Position numbers and translations under genes: made by a program. Below the pieces are notes generated by a model. The model saw only the letters and a program-made list of their open reading frames with translations. It had not been told where the DNA came from and did not search any database. From assembly GCF_963921235.1 (NCBI RefSeq), contig NC_086108.1, positions 84,570,001-84,634,000 of the forward strand: 64,000 bases of DNA, in the 5' to 3' direction. Positions within the stretch are counted from its first letter, which is position 1, and each line of letters opens with the position of its first letter. Below are positions 63,896-64,000 of this stretch, in pieces. The stretch is from Mobula hypostoma (taxonomy: Eukaryota).

Positions 63896-64000
63896 TCATT
63901 TTTATTTAGTGCAGATGCAGCTTAGACCAGGCCCTTCTGGCCTAATGAACAAACCATCGATTTAACCCTAGCCTAATCACAGTATAATTTACAATGACCA
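63896..64000 (-). mobile_element. SINE 3' part, running off the window
   Basis: Similar to 62255-62372 (GGCCCTTCTGGCC...AATTTACAATGACCA). Confidence 0.7.

Noticed and set aside
1..64000. Prokaryotic systems (CRISPR array, retron, DGR, operons) suggested by the many RT ORFs
   Set aside because: All RTs are eukaryotic LINE or LTR types. There is no regularly spaced repeat-spacer array, and the host gene is spliced.

Overview
This is vertebrate genomic DNA, not prokaryotic. The repeat families suggest a cartilaginous fish, probably a ray or skate (inference). The only host coding sequence I can support is the last three coding exons of KDM4A (JMJD2A histone demethylase, C-terminal Tudor region) on the minus strand: 61615-61496, 57408-57316 and 55581-55441. 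A repeat-free 3' UTR of about 3 kb follows. About 40 kb further downstream is a CpG-richer patch with a perfect NRF1 site and a minus-strand splice donor, probably the promoter and non-coding first exon of the next gene (ST3GAL3 if the human gene order holds). The rest is mostly nested transposons: many CR1 LINEs, two L1/Tx1-type LINEs (one full length with a 15-bp TSD), Rex1/Babar LINEs, tRNA-derived SINEs, a decayed SCAN-domain Gmr1-like LTR element, Tigger-like and Tc1-like DNA transposons, and Penelope-like elements. Nearly all ORFs in the track are transposon fragments or their antisense shadows. The most notable observations are: two identical minimal hammerhead ribozymes on the KDM4A sense strand, bracketing its last three exons; a perfect 29-bp inverted repeat around a CR1 fragment; the SCAN-bearing retrotransposon; and multi-level nested insertions. 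I cannot demonstrate a new biological system from sequence alone. The paired-hammerhead idea is the best testable candidate.
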